Assembly (NCBI GenBank): GCA_964586775.1
Contig: CAZPJD010000184.1
Location: 69,987 to 133,986 of the forward strand
Source: an uncultured bacterium
Lineage (GTDB): Bacteria; Lernaellota; Lernaellaia; JACKCT01
DNA: 64,000 nucleotides
Direction: 5' to 3'
Each line of letters opens with the position of its first letter. Within the stretch, counting starts at the first letter, position 1. The position numbers and the translations under genes were made by a program. Shown piece by piece: positions 54,572 to 63,771 of this stretch. The notes under the pieces were generated by a model. That model searched no databases, had not been told where the DNA came from, and saw only the letters and a list, made by a program, of their open reading frames with translations.

Positions 54572-55693
54572 ATGGTCGTCGCGATCTTCGTCGTGCTCGA
54601 AATCGGCGTTCGGATTTTCTTCGCGCGGCCCGGCGTCGTCGTCCGCAACGAGGAAAACAACCCGCAGGCGATGCCCTACCTGCTGGATCAGTACGAGAAA
54701 CACAAGGGCATCAAAATCGCGTGCATCGGCAGCTCGGTCATGCAGGGCTACCTGAACTCGTGGGACGACCGCGCGTTTCCGTCGATGGCCGAAAAGATCC
54801 TGCGCAAAAAGTACGGCTACAAGAACCTCAGGACCTTCAACTTCGCGACCGCTGGCAACAACTTCGGCGACCACCTGTGCGTGCTCAACCGCGTGCTGGA
54901 GGACGACCCCGACCTGATCGTCCACGCGGTGCACTTCAAGCTCTTCTCCACGTTCCGCCTCTCGGCCATCGCGCGCACGGATAACGCCTACTACCTGCTC
55001 GGCAATCCCGAGCTGTCGTCCTACCTCGCCCGGTTCAACATCCCGACGCGCGACTGGGTCAAGATCTACATGAGCGGCAAGGTCGGCGACGCCTGGCACA
55101 CCTACGGCTATCGCGACCTGATCTCGCTGCTGCTTTTCGGCACCAAGAAGGTGCCGCAAAAAGAAATCGCCGACCGCTTCCACGAACTGTTCGGCTTCGT
55201 GTCGCAGGAGGCGATCCTGGCGCGGCTCCACACCCCCGAGGAGCACAACCAGGAGTACCTGTGGAAGCTGCTCCCGCAGGCGCTGGTGGCCAAGCACTAC
55301 GAGATCTGCGGCAACTTCGATTTCACCGACGCCAATCCCAACTGGCAGTTTTTCACCGACGGCGCGAAGCTGGCCGCGCTTCACGACCAGAGCGTTCTGT
55401 ACTACGTCAGCCCCATCAACCGGCCCTTCGTCGAGGAGATGAACTTTTTCAACTGGGAGCGCGTGGTGCCGGTGATGAAGGAGCGCGTCTATCAGACGAC
55501 GCGCCAGTACGACCACCAGCTCCTCGACTATTCGCAGATCGTGGAGCCGGCGTATTTTTCGGATACCGACCACATCAACATGGCCGGGCACAAACAGGTC
55601 GCGAGCCGTCTGGCCAAGGACATCGACCGACGCCTGTCGAGCCGGCGGCACAAGACCCGCGATGCCGAGCGCCGGGCCGACCAGGAGAAATAA
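54572..55693 (+). CDS. membrane-anchored SGNH-like protein partnered with the MBOAT gene (AlgJ/AlgX/DltD-like role)
   Basis: The ATG at 54572 gives an N-terminal TM helix MVVAIFVVLEIGV; the track ORF starts at the TTG at 54515. Block I is IACIGSSVMQGY (GSS in place of GDS) and the C-terminal DTDHINMAGH (DxxH) is the catalytic His motif. It ends 7 nt before the MBOAT start. Confidence 0.7.
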   Translation: MVVAIFVVLEIGVRIFFARPGVVVRNEENNPQAMPYLLDQYEKHKGIKIACIGSSVMQGYLNSWDDRAFPSMAEKILRKKYGYKNLRTFNFATAGNNFGDHLCVLNRVLEDDPDLIVHAVHFKLFSTFRLSAIARTDNAYYLLGNPELSSYLARFNIPTRDWVKIYMSGKVGDAWHTYGYRDLISLLLFGTKKVPQKEIADRFHELFGFVSQEAILARLHTPEEHNQEYLWKLLPQALVAKHYEICGNFDFTDANPNWQFFTDGAKLAALHDQSVLYYVSPINRPFVEEMNFFNWERVVPVMKERVYQTTRQYDHQLLDYSQIVEPAYFSDTDHINMAGHKQVASRLAKDIDRRLSSRRHKTRDAERRADQEK

Positions 55694-55699
55694 TCCGCC

Positions 55700-56902
55700 A
55701 TGGAATTGATCTCCTGGACCACCGCCATCGCCTTCCTCGTCGCGCTGCCGATCTATTGGTGGCTGCCGGCGGCGAAGCGCGGCCCGTTTCTGTGCGTGTA
55801 CGGCCTCGTCTATTTCCTCGCGTCGCAGCCGCAGGCCGGGCTCATCGCGCTGATCTTTTTGTGGGTCATCCTCTATTTTCAGCGGCTGATCCTGACCGCG
55901 CAGACCGATCGCGGGAAGAAATGGGTGCTATTTTTCGGCGTGGCGATCGCACTCGCGCCGATGATCTTCTACAAGTATCGCTTCTCGCTGCTCGGCCACA
56001 TCCCGTTCCTCGCGTGGATGGCCGCCCTGCCCCTCGCCGCGCCGGTGGGCATCAGCTACTTCACCTTCCGCGCCGTGCACGTGCTGGTTGAGACGCGTCG
56101 GGGTGCGATCGAGCGCCTCTCGGGCATCGACTTCTTCTACTACATCACATTCCTGCCCACGGTCGTCGCGGGGCCGATCGAGCGCTTCGGGCCGTTTCGC
56201 GAGCAGCGCGCGGCGGCGCATGAATTCTCGCCCGACCTGTTCGGCGAGGGCCTGCAACGCATTCTGATCGGGCTCGTCAAAAAGCTCGTGCTCGCCGACA
56301 TGTTCTACGGGTTCATCAGCGACTTCATGAACCCGGTCACAACGCTCACCCTGCGTCCGTGGCAGATCTGGCTGTGCCTGCACGGCTATTACGCCTACCT
56401 GTACATGGATTTTTCGGGATACTCGGACATCGCGATCGGCGTGTCGCGGCTGTTCGGATTCCGCATCATGGAAAACTTCAACTGGCCGATTCTGGCCACC
56501 AACATCCGCGAGTTTTGGCGGCGGTGGCACATCTCGCTCACGTCGTGGCTGACCGATTACGTGTACTTCGCGCTGGGCGGCAACAAAAAGGGCAAGGTGC
56601 GCGCCGAGATCAACACGATGATCACCATGCTCCTGATCGCCCTGTGGCACGGCTCCAACCAGATCGGCCACTACATCATCTGGGGCATCTGGCTCGGCCT
56701 CGGGCTGGTGGTCTTCCGCCAGTGGACGCGCGTGAAGGCGCGACTGTTCCCGAACCTCGTCGAAAACCCGACGCTGGTCGGCCAGCTCGTCGGTGCGTTC
56801 ATGACGATCCAGTTTATGAACCTGTCCTGGCCGATCTTCCTGTTCGAGTCGCGCGTGGCGATTCTGACCTACCTCAAGATGTTCGGCCTGGTGGGGAGAT
56901 AA
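55700..56902 (+). CDS. MBOAT-family membrane O-acyltransferase (AlgI/DltB-like)
   Basis: A multi-TM protein with the MBOAT His-containing motif WRRWHISLTSWLTDYVYFALGGN and a second conserved His in LIALWHGSNQ. 400 aa. Confidence 0.9.
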   Translation: MELISWTTAIAFLVALPIYWWLPAAKRGPFLCVYGLVYFLASQPQAGLIALIFLWVILYFQRLILTAQTDRGKKWVLFFGVAIALAPMIFYKYRFSLLGHIPFLAWMAALPLAAPVGISYFTFRAVHVLVETRRGAIERLSGIDFFYYITFLPTVVAGPIERFGPFREQRAAAHEFSPDLFGEGLQRILIGLVKKLVLADMFYGFISDFMNPVTTLTLRPWQIWLCLHGYYAYLYMDFSGYSDIAIGVSRLFGFRIMENFNWPILATNIREFWRRWHISLTSWLTDYVYFALGGNKKGKVRAEINTMITMLLIALWHGSNQIGHYIIWGIWLGLGLVVFRQWTRVKARLFPNLVENPTLVGQLVGAFMTIQFMNLSWPIFLFESRVAILTYLKMFGLVGR

Positions 56903-56914
56903 GGACGTGCGGGA

Positions 56915-57075
56915 ATGACGAACGAAACGACCCCGGCCGCGCCGCCCGCATCCCCCGCCGAACTGCGCCGCTCGCTCGTGCGCGAGTTCGGCTGGGCGCT
57001 CGTTTACGCCGCGCTGGGATTCATCCTGATTCTGCTCGGAAGCGCCGGCCCGCAGTTCATCTACGCGGGGTTCTG
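56915..57075 (+). CDS. candidate small hydrophobic peptide (about 52 aa) downstream of the MBOAT gene
   Basis: MTNETTPAAPPASPAELRRSLVREFGWALVYAALGFILILLGSAGPQFIYAGF. It is not in the ORF track because it is under 60 aa. It has one predicted TM helix and lies 13 nt after the MBOAT stop. Confidence 0.3.
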
Positions 57076-57132
57076 AGGGCGCGCGCTTTCGACGCTCAGC
57101 GAGGGAGCATGCCTTGTCGTTGGGGCGTCCGA

Positions 57133-57280
57133 CAGAGCCGCGACCGTGAGGGAGCGGCCCGGTCGTAAAGCAGGAAACGTCCCCGACTCTACGGAAAACG
57201 CTCGAAAGTCGTCGGTTAAGTTAAGCCGGAGTCGCTAGCGAGGCGAAAGTCATGGCCGCTCCCTCACGGTCGCGGCTCTG
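57133..57280. repeat. 27-bp perfect inverted repeat flanking a 94-nt spacer (MITE-like element or long stem-loop RNA)
   Basis: Arm A, cagagccgcgaccgtgagggagcggcc (57133-57159), is the exact reverse complement of arm B (57254-57280). The element lies between convergent gene ends, 17 nt from the dnaJ stop. Confidence 0.6.
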
Positions 57281-57296
57281 ACATCACATGCGCGCC

Positions 57297-58424
57297 TCAG
57301 CCCTCGCCCATGGCGAAGTGCTTGATGCGGTCGAGCAGGCTGCCGAGCACGTCGGGCTTCCTGCCCGCTTCGATCTTGCCGAATTCCTCGAGCAGCTCTC
57401 GCTGACGCTTGGTGAGCTTTTTGGGCACGCGCACCTTGATGATGCAGAGCTGATCGCCGCGCCCGTAGCCGCGCAGGTGCGGGATGCCCTTTCCGCGGAT
57501 TTTGAGGATGTCGTCGTGCTGCGTGCCCGCGGGGATCGCGAGGGCCGTGTCGCCGTCGAGCGTGGGCACCTGGATCTGCGTGCCGATCGCCGCCTCGTGC
57601 AGCGCGATGGGGATCTCGATGACGACGCTGTCTTCGTGGCGCTTGAAGAACTCGTGCGCCTTGACGTGGATGAAGACGTAAAGATCGCCGGCAGGACCGC
57701 CGCGCGAGCCGTCCTCGCCCTTGCCCGACACGCGCAGGCGCATGCCGTCTTCGACGCCCGCGGGGATGCGCACCGAGACCTGCGTCTTTTCCAGAACGCG
57801 GCCTTTGCCCGAGCACTCGGCGCACGGCTCTTTGATGATGCGGCCCACGCCGCCGCAGTTGGGGCACGTGGTGGAGATCGAAAAGAACCCCTGCGAACGA
57901 CGCACCTGCCCCTGCCCGTGGCACAGCGGGCACGCCACCGGCGACGAGCCGGGCGCGGCGCCGCTGCCGTGGCAGGTCAGGCAGGACGCGCTTTTTTGAA
58001 CATCGAGTCGCTTTTCGGCGCCGAAGGCGGCTTCCTCGAAGGGGATTTCGAGATCGAAGCGCAGGTCGTCGCCGCGCGAGGGTCCGTCGCGGCGCGAGCG
58101 GAATCCGCCGCCCATGCCGCCGAAGATGTCCTCGAAGATCGAGCCCATCGACGAGAAGATGTCGTTGAAGTCGTGGAAGCCCTGATAGCCCGATCCGCGC
58201 AGGCCGTCGTGGCCGAAGCGGTCGTAGGTTTGGCGCTTCTCGGCGTCGGAGAGGACCTGATAGGCTTCGGAGGCTTCCTTGAAGCGGGTTTCGGCCTCGG
58301 CGTCGCCCTGATTGCGGTCGGGGTGGAATTTGACCGCGAGCTCGCGATACGCCTTTTTGATCTGCGCGGCGGAGGCGTCGCGGGGCACGCCGAGAATCTC
58401 GTAGTAGTCACGCGTGACGGACAC
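57297..58424 (-). CDS. dnaJ: molecular chaperone DnaJ (type I, with four CxxCxGxG zinc-finger repeats)
   Basis: J-domain DYYEILGV...HPDRN. A G/F-rich linker. Zinc-finger repeats [24 protein letters not shown] and CAECSGKG. 375 aa. Confidence 0.9.
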   Translation of the reverse strand: MSVTRDYYEILGVPRDASAAQIKKAYRELAVKFHPDRNQGDAEAETRFKEASEAYQVLSDAEKRQTYDRFGHDGLRGSGYQGFHDFNDIFSSMGSIFEDIFGGMGGGFRSRRDGPSRGDDLRFDLEIPFEEAAFGAEKRLDVQKSASCLTCHGSGAAPGSSPVACPLCHGQGQVRRSQGFFSISTTCPNCGGVGRIIKEPCAECSGKGRVLEKTQVSVRIPAGVEDGMRLRVSGKGEDGSRGGPAGDLYVFIHVKAHEFFKRHEDSVVIEIPIALHEAAIGTQIQVPTLDGDTALAIPAGTQHDDILKIRGKGIPHLRGYGRGDQLCIIKVRVPKKLTKRQRELLEEFGKIEAGRKPDVLGSLLDRIKHFAMGEG

Positions 58425-58451
58425 CTGGACCCCCGGCGACGAGCGGACGCG

Positions 58452-58664
58452 TCAATCCTCGTCGTCTTCTTCTTCGTCGATGCCCGCGTCGGCGGCTTCC
58501 TCGAAGAACACGTCGGCGGCCAAGTAGTCGGCGTTGTCGCCGGCGTCCTTGAGCGACTTCTGCCACGCCTTGTAGTCGGCGTCGGACACGAGGCCCTTGG
58601 CGCGGTTGCGTTCGATAATCCGAACGTCGAACAACTGCTCGCGGCTCCTGATGACACTGCCCAT
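58452..58664 (-). CDS. small acidic hypothetical protein (70 aa)
   Basis: The composition is coherent, with an acidic tail DEEEDDED. It sits between rpoZ and dnaJ. No family recognised. Confidence 0.35.
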   Translation of the reverse strand: MGSVIRSREQLFDVRIIERNRAKGLVSDADYKAWQKSLKDAGDNADYLAADVFFEEAADAGIDEEEDDED

Positions 58665-58676
58665 GGCCTTGCCCCC

Positions 58677-58901
58677 TTATTCCGTCGCTTCGGGTTCGAC
58701 CGGGTCGCCGTGCTTGCGCGTGACGTGGATCTTGCCCGCCGCGATCTCGCGCAGCGAGTTCACGATGTGCTTGTTTTCCGACTGGTGGAGCAGATACCGG
58801 CTGCCCTTCATCAACATGCGCGTGCGCCGCGCCGCCAGAAGCACCAGGGCGAATCGGTTTTCCACCTGCTCGATGCAATCCTCGACCGTGATTCGTGCCA
58901 T
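58677..58901 (-). CDS. rpoZ: DNA-directed RNA polymerase subunit omega
   Basis: MARITVEDCIEQVENRFALVLLAARRTRML is a canonical RpoZ N-terminus. 74 aa. Confidence 0.85.
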   Translation of the reverse strand: MARITVEDCIEQVENRFALVLLAARRTRMLMKGSRYLLHQSENKHIVNSLREIAAGKIHVTRKHGDPVEPEATE

Positions 58902-58953
58902 CGCTGCGTCGCTCCTCGCGGACTATCCGCGTGTCTTTCGATCCTGCCGCGTT

Positions 58954-60438
58954 TCAGTCGCCCTTGTCGCCTTCGCCCGCGGCCTCGACAGGCGTCGGCG
59001 GCGCGTCGGCCACCTTCACCCAGTCGCCGATCGTCGTCGGCCAACCGGTCAGCACCGACGGATCGACCCGCCAGATGGTCGGCGAGGTCAGCCCCCGCGC
59101 CACCACGAAATCGTCCTTCGACCCCGGCTCCCGCATCCGGGCCGCCTCGACACGCGCGAGGACGCGGTCCCCGTCGCCCGTCAGTTCGATCACCAGATCC
59201 GGCTTCATGAGCGCGTTGACGGCCTTGTTGGCCAGCCGGGGCTCGATTTCGTCGATCCCCGCCAAGTCCACCAGCCGCCGAAGGTCGGCGAGCACCCGCT
59301 CGTCGTCGAGCGGCCCCGCGCCGGGCGCGGAAAAATCCTGCTCGGCGGAGCGGGAGACTATAATCTCGTCCGCTCCCGTTTGCAACCGGGCCTTGCGGAC
59401 CTTGGAAAGCGCGAAGTCGCCGAGCGCCTTGGCGCGCAAATCGGCCCAGGATTTCGCAATCTTGGCGACCGTGGCCTCGCGCACGAGGGCGAGGTAGCCC
59501 TTGGGCACGGCGGCCACGCGGTTTTGCGGGTCGTTCGCGGGCAGCGCTCCCAGATCGACGCGGATCTCGCGGTTTTCGTCGCCGCCGTACTTGGCGATGA
59601 TCGAATGGACCGGCGGGGCGAGACCGTTCGCCGCGGTGCGCTCGGCGCTCTCGGCCACCACTCCCTCGACCTGCAGCTCGCGCAGGGCGGCCACGAGGTC
59701 CGCAACGGCCTGATCGTCGGCCTTCCACCACGGATTCGGCCCCGCGATGCGCCAGACGGTCTCGGCTTTTGGCGTTTCGGCCGCGTCGTCGTCGCCGGCC
59801 GTCGCTTCGTTTTCGGGCTGGATCTCCTCGCGCACCAGCACCCAGCGCGTCGCGCCCGCATCCTGCAGCTCGATTCGCTCGGGCTCGATGTCGTATCCCT
59901 TGGGAAAGATCGTCTTGTCGCGCAGCTTGAACGCGGGGACGTCGAAGGTGGCTAGGAAGGTGTCGGACATGACGAGCAGCTTGGGGCTGTCGGGGCGTTT
60001 GGCGAATACGGCGTTGCCGATGGGATTCGTCGCGCCCAGATCGATCGACTGCTCCACGCCGTCCGAACGCACCGTCACGCGCAGACGCGGATCGGCGAGG
60101 CCATACTGGCCGAGATCCGCGTTGGGCTCTTCGACCACGCGCTCGGCGCGCGCGTTGCGCAATTGCGAGACCATGCCCTGCACCGTGTACTTGTCCGCAT
60201 CGTCCACGAAGGGCGTGGTGACCTTCCATGCGTCTTCGCCGCTTTTTTCGACGATGACCGTCGCCTTGTCCTGCGTGAGCTGGATGCGATCGACCTTTTC
60301 CAGATCGATCGACATCGCCTTCTCGGCGTTCGCCTTGTCGTCCACCGCTTTTTTCTGGCGCGGTTTTTCGTACAGAAAAAACACCGCGGCGACCGCCGCG
60401 AGCAGCACGATCGCGACGAGGGTCTTGCGAAAGCTCAT
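58954..60438 (-). CDS. DUF4340-like periplasmic protein associated with the GldG-like ABC system
   Basis: The start MSFRKTLVAIVLLAAVAAVFFLY is an N-terminal anchor. 494 aa. It lies immediately downstream of the GldG-like gene, with overlapping start and stop. The 60-codon leader of the track ORF was discarded. Confidence 0.75.
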   Translation of the reverse strand: MSFRKTLVAIVLLAAVAAVFFLYEKPRQKKAVDDKANAEKAMSIDLEKVDRIQLTQDKATVIVEKSGEDAWKVTTPFVDDADKYTVQGMVSQLRNARAERVVEEPNADLGQYGLADPRLRVTVRSDGVEQSIDLGATNPIGNAVFAKRPDSPKLLVMSDTFLATFDVPAFKLRDKTIFPKGYDIEPERIELQDAGATRWVLVREEIQPENEATAGDDDAAETPKAETVWRIAGPNPWWKADDQAVADLVAALRELQVEGVVAESAERTAANGLAPPVHSIIAKYGGDENREIRVDLGALPANDPQNRVAAVPKGYLALVREATVAKIAKSWADLRAKALGDFALSKVRKARLQTGADEIIVSRSAEQDFSAPGAGPLDDERVLADLRRLVDLAGIDEIEPRLANKAVNALMKPDLVIELTGDGDRVLARVEAARMREPGSKDDFVVARGLTSPTIWRVDPSVLTGWPTTIGDWVKVADAPPTPVEAAGEGDKGD

Positions 60439-62018
60439 GCGTCGCTCCGACGTCCCCGGGCGATGAAGACCCCGATGCCGAACATCGCGACGAGCAGAGG
60501 CACCGAGAAGACGGAGACGAAGAAGACGGCGTCGCGATCTTGAGGGGTCAGATAGACGGGTGCGGCGTCGTAGGTGTTGGGCCGGATCGAGATGATGTCT
60601 TCCTTGCCCGCGAGCCACGCGACCGCGTTGAGCGCAAGGTTGCTGTTGTAAAGCTGCGTGATGAGTTCGTTGCGAATCCAGTTGGAGTCGCCGAACACGA
60701 GCACGCGTCCCCCGGTTTGCGGCGTCTTCTCGGCCTCGGGTTCATCCACCTCGGGCGGCGCGGGCTGCGCGCCCGGCGCCATCTCGACCGCCGCGCCGAG
60801 CACGAGCGGTCCGGGGGCGTCGGCGTCGCCCTTCTCGACCTTGCCGTCGTTCAGCAACGCGTTGATGTCGGTCTCGCCCCACGCCTCGGCGGTGGTCTTG
60901 AGCAGCGCCGAGACCATCGCCGGGGCGTTGGCGTTGGTGTTGAGCGTCAGCGAGCGCGCGAGGCTGAAAATGGTGGGCTGCTTCAGGTCCTTGGTGATCT
61001 CGTGGGGCGGGTAGTCCTGCACCACCGGCGTCACGCCGAGTTGGCTGCCGTAAAACGGATTGTCGAAGGGCTCGACCACCGCGTCGTTGTTGAGCTTCAC
61101 AGACAGCGACTCAAGCCACGCCTCGAAGCCCGTCGTCGTGTTGGCGTCGGCCATGAGCATCAGCCGCCCGCCCTTTTGCGCCCAGTCGGTGACGGTCTTC
61201 ACCTCGATCTCGCCGTAGGCGCGATCGGGTCCGGCGATCGCCAGGACGGCGCAGTCCTCGGGCACCGCGCGACCGGCGAGCACGATCTCCTTCACGTCGT
61301 GGTTTTCGTTTTCGAGCAACCGCTTGAAAAGCGCGGCGCCGTTTTGTTCGTTGTCGCCGAGGCTCGACTCTCCGTGACCGCTGACGAAGCAGATCGGTCC
61401 GCCCTTGGCCTGCGTGACTTTGAGAATCGACTGCGTGAGCGCCTGTTCGGTCTGCTCGCCGATGATGTTCTGGCTGCCCTGCTGCTCGACGACGATCGCG
61501 CCCCGGCGCTGGATGTTGTAGCGCTGCGCGAGCTGCGGATCGCGGTCGGGATCGACAATGCGATACGCGAACATCTCGGGCTTGGCGGCTTCCTTGTAGC
61601 GCTTCAGCACGCCCTCGAAGGCCTTCGATTCGGTGGACTCGAAGAACGCCGTCACCTCCACCGGGGCGGTGAGGTTCTGGAGGATCTTGACCGTCTGCTC
61701 GGAGAGCGTGTTGACCTTGGCGCTCGTGCCGTCCCAGGTCTTGTCCCAGCCCTTCGCCATGACGTTCACGAACACGAGAATCGCCGTAACGACGATGGTG
61801 AACACGATCGCGTTCGCGCCAAACCGCGCCGTGCGTCGGCGCAGCGTGGAGGTGACCGATCCCAGGTCGAGGACGAGGCCCGCGACGAGCGCGACCGGGC
61901 CGACGGCCAGCACGTACCAGAAGCGCACGAACATGTCGGTGGCGAGCAGCAGCACCACCAGCGCGATGAAGCTGAGCAGCAGCCCCTCGTATTTCAGGAT
62001 CTTGGCGAACGACTTCAT
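60435..62018 (-). CDS. GldG-like ABC-transporter auxiliary component
   Basis: N- and C-terminal TM anchors flank a large periplasmic domain with the GldG-family architecture (VFGDSNWIRNE near the C-terminus). 527 aa. Confidence 0.8.
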   Translation of the reverse strand: MKSFAKILKYEGLLLSFIALVVLLLATDMFVRFWYVLAVGPVALVAGLVLDLGSVTSTLRRRTARFGANAIVFTIVVTAILVFVNVMAKGWDKTWDGTSAKVNTLSEQTVKILQNLTAPVEVTAFFESTESKAFEGVLKRYKEAAKPEMFAYRIVDPDRDPQLAQRYNIQRRGAIVVEQQGSQNIIGEQTEQALTQSILKVTQAKGGPICFVSGHGESSLGDNEQNGAALFKRLLENENHDVKEIVLAGRAVPEDCAVLAIAGPDRAYGEIEVKTVTDWAQKGGRLMLMADANTTTGFEAWLESLSVKLNNDAVVEPFDNPFYGSQLGVTPVVQDYPPHEITKDLKQPTIFSLARSLTLNTNANAPAMVSALLKTTAEAWGETDINALLNDGKVEKGDADAPGPLVLGAAVEMAPGAQPAPPEVDEPEAEKTPQTGGRVLVFGDSNWIRNELITQLYNSNLALNAVAWLAGKEDIISIRPNTYDAAPVYLTPQDRDAVFFVSVFSVPLLVAMFGIGVFIARGRRSDA

Positions 62019-62022
62019 CGGC

Positions 62023-62793
62023 TTATCTCCAGCGCGTGCTCTCGACCGCGCGGGTCGCCAGGAAAATGAAAAAGACGATGAACGACGCGAAGTAGATCAG
62101 GTCGGGCAGCGCGATCGTGCCCGACGCGAAGCCCTCGAAGTGCGTCGTCATGGCGAGGTATTTCAGGATCTCGCCGCTGGCCCCGCCGATCGATTCGGAG
62201 ATCCAGTTGAGAATCCACAGCACGAGCAGCAAAAAGAACGTGTAGAGGGCGGCCTGAATCTGCGTCTTGGCGACGGTGCTGGCAAACAGTCCGAAGGCGA
62301 GGAACGAGCTGCCCATCAGGAACAGACCCAGATAGCCGGTCGCCATCTTGCCGGGGTCGGGGTTCGCGAACTTCAGGAGCATCGCGGGGAATTGGAGCGT
62401 GAGCAGCAGCGCGACGACGTAGAACGACACCGCGCCCAGGTACTTGCCCCACACGATCGACGCTTCGGAGACCGGGCTCGTGAGCAGCAGTTCGTCGGTG
62501 CGGTTCTTTTTTTCCTCGGCGTACAGACGCATCGTGATGAGCGGCACGATCAGCATCAGCAGCACCGAGAGGTTGTGGAACAGCGGCGTGAGGATCATGT
62601 CGTTGACGTTCATCTGCTCGGCCATGCCGGGGCTTTGGTACATCTGGTACATCGACTGCATCTGCACGAAGTACGTGAAGGTGTCGAAGAAGAAAAACCC
62701 GGCCAGCGCAACGAACACCACGAGCACGACGTACGCCACGGGCGACAGGAAAAACTGCCGCCATTCCTTTTGCCAGATCGTGAACAAGCCCAT
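62023..62793 (-). CDS. ABC-2 type transporter permease (GldF-like)
   Basis: A 6-TM ABC-2 permease. 256 aa. Confidence 0.85.
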   Translation of the reverse strand: MGLFTIWQKEWRQFFLSPVAYVVLVVFVALAGFFFFDTFTYFVQMQSMYQMYQSPGMAEQMNVNDMILTPLFHNLSVLLMLIVPLITMRLYAEEKKNRTDELLLTSPVSEASIVWGKYLGAVSFYVVALLLTLQFPAMLLKFANPDPGKMATGYLGLFLMGSSFLAFGLFASTVAKTQIQAALYTFFLLLVLWILNWISESIGGASGEILKYLAMTTHFEGFASGTIALPDLIYFASFIVFFIFLATRAVESTRWR

Positions 62794-62817
62794 CGCGTGC
62801 TCCCTGTGACTCTTCGA

Positions 62818-63771
62818 CTAGTGGCTCGTGAGGCGCACGAAGACTTCCTCGAGCGACGGCATCTTGTCGGCGATTTCCAGCAGGCCCCATCCCGCGTTGA
62901 GCACCTCGAGGGCCACCTCGTTGGCGATATCCGCTCCGGCCTGCGAGGTGAGCAGGTATTCGCCCGGCACGTTGGTGGCCTGCACGTCGAGGATCCCGTC
63001 GAGTTTGCCGAGGCGCTTGACGACGTTTTGGTCGTAACTCGCGAGACGCACCGTCAGGCTGCGGTTCGACGCCACCTTGCGGGTGAGCTCGGCGACCGTG
63101 CCGTCGGCCACCACCTTGCCCTGGTTGATGATGACGACGCGGTCGCAGGTCATCACCACCTCGGGCAGGATGTGCGTGGAGAGCAGCACCGTGTGCGCGC
63201 GGCCGAGTTCCTTGATGAGCGCGCGGATCTCTTGGATCTGCACCGGGTCGAGACCGATGGTCGGCTCGTCGAGGATCAGCACGTCGGGCTCGTGGACGAT
63301 CGCCGCGGCGAGGCCCACGCGCTGCTGGTAGCCCTTGGAAAGATGCCCGACGAAGCGGTCGGCGACGTGCGTCAGGCCGCAGCGGTTCATCGCCGTGTCG
63401 ATGCGCCCGTCGCGCTCGGTGCGGGCGATGCCCTTGAGCTTGGCGACGAAGTCGAGGTTTTCGCGGACCGTGAACTCTTGATACAGGGGCGGGTGCTCGG
63501 GCAAATAGCCGATGCGATGCCGGGCCTTGAGGCTGTCGGTCATCACGTCGAGACCGTCGATCAGCACCGTTCCCTCGGTGGGCGGCATATAGCCGGTCAC
63601 GATGCGCATGGTCGTGGTCTTTCCGGCGCCGTTGGGCCCCAGAAACCCGAGGATTTCGCCCTGATGAACGGTGAAGTCGATCCCGCGGACGGCGTGGTAG
63701 TCGCCGTAACTTTTCACGAGACCCTTGACCTCCACCATCGGGCGCGCACTTCCCGCGGCGTTTGACGTCAT
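62818..63771 (-). CDS. ABC transporter ATP-binding protein (GldA-like)
   Basis: Walker A GPNGAGKTTT, signature LSKGYQQRV, Walker B LILDEPTIGLD. The start is probably MTSNAAG. The track ORF begins 15 codons upstream, at 63816. Confidence 0.85.
   Translation of the reverse strand: MTSNAAGSARPMVEVKGLVKSYGDYHAVRGIDFTVHQGEILGFLGPNGAGKTTTMRIVTGYMPPTEGTVLIDGLDVMTDSLKARHRIGYLPEHPPLYQEFTVRENLDFVAKLKGIARTERDGRIDTAMNRCGLTHVADRFVGHLSKGYQQRVGLAAAIVHEPDVLILDEPTIGLDPVQIQEIRALIKELGRAHTVLLSTHILPEVVMTCDRVVIINQGKVVADGTVAELTRKVASNRSLTVRLASYDQNVVKRLGKLDGILDVQATNVPGEYLLTSQAGADIANEVALEVLNAGWGLLEIADKMPSLEEVFVRLTSH

Noticed and set aside
54262-54984. 240-aa ORF on the + strand overlapping the SGNH-like gene start
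   Set aside because: It is Arg/Pro/Gly-rich and lies in a different frame from the coherent SGNH-like protein. It partially overlaps the decayed small ORF at 54116.
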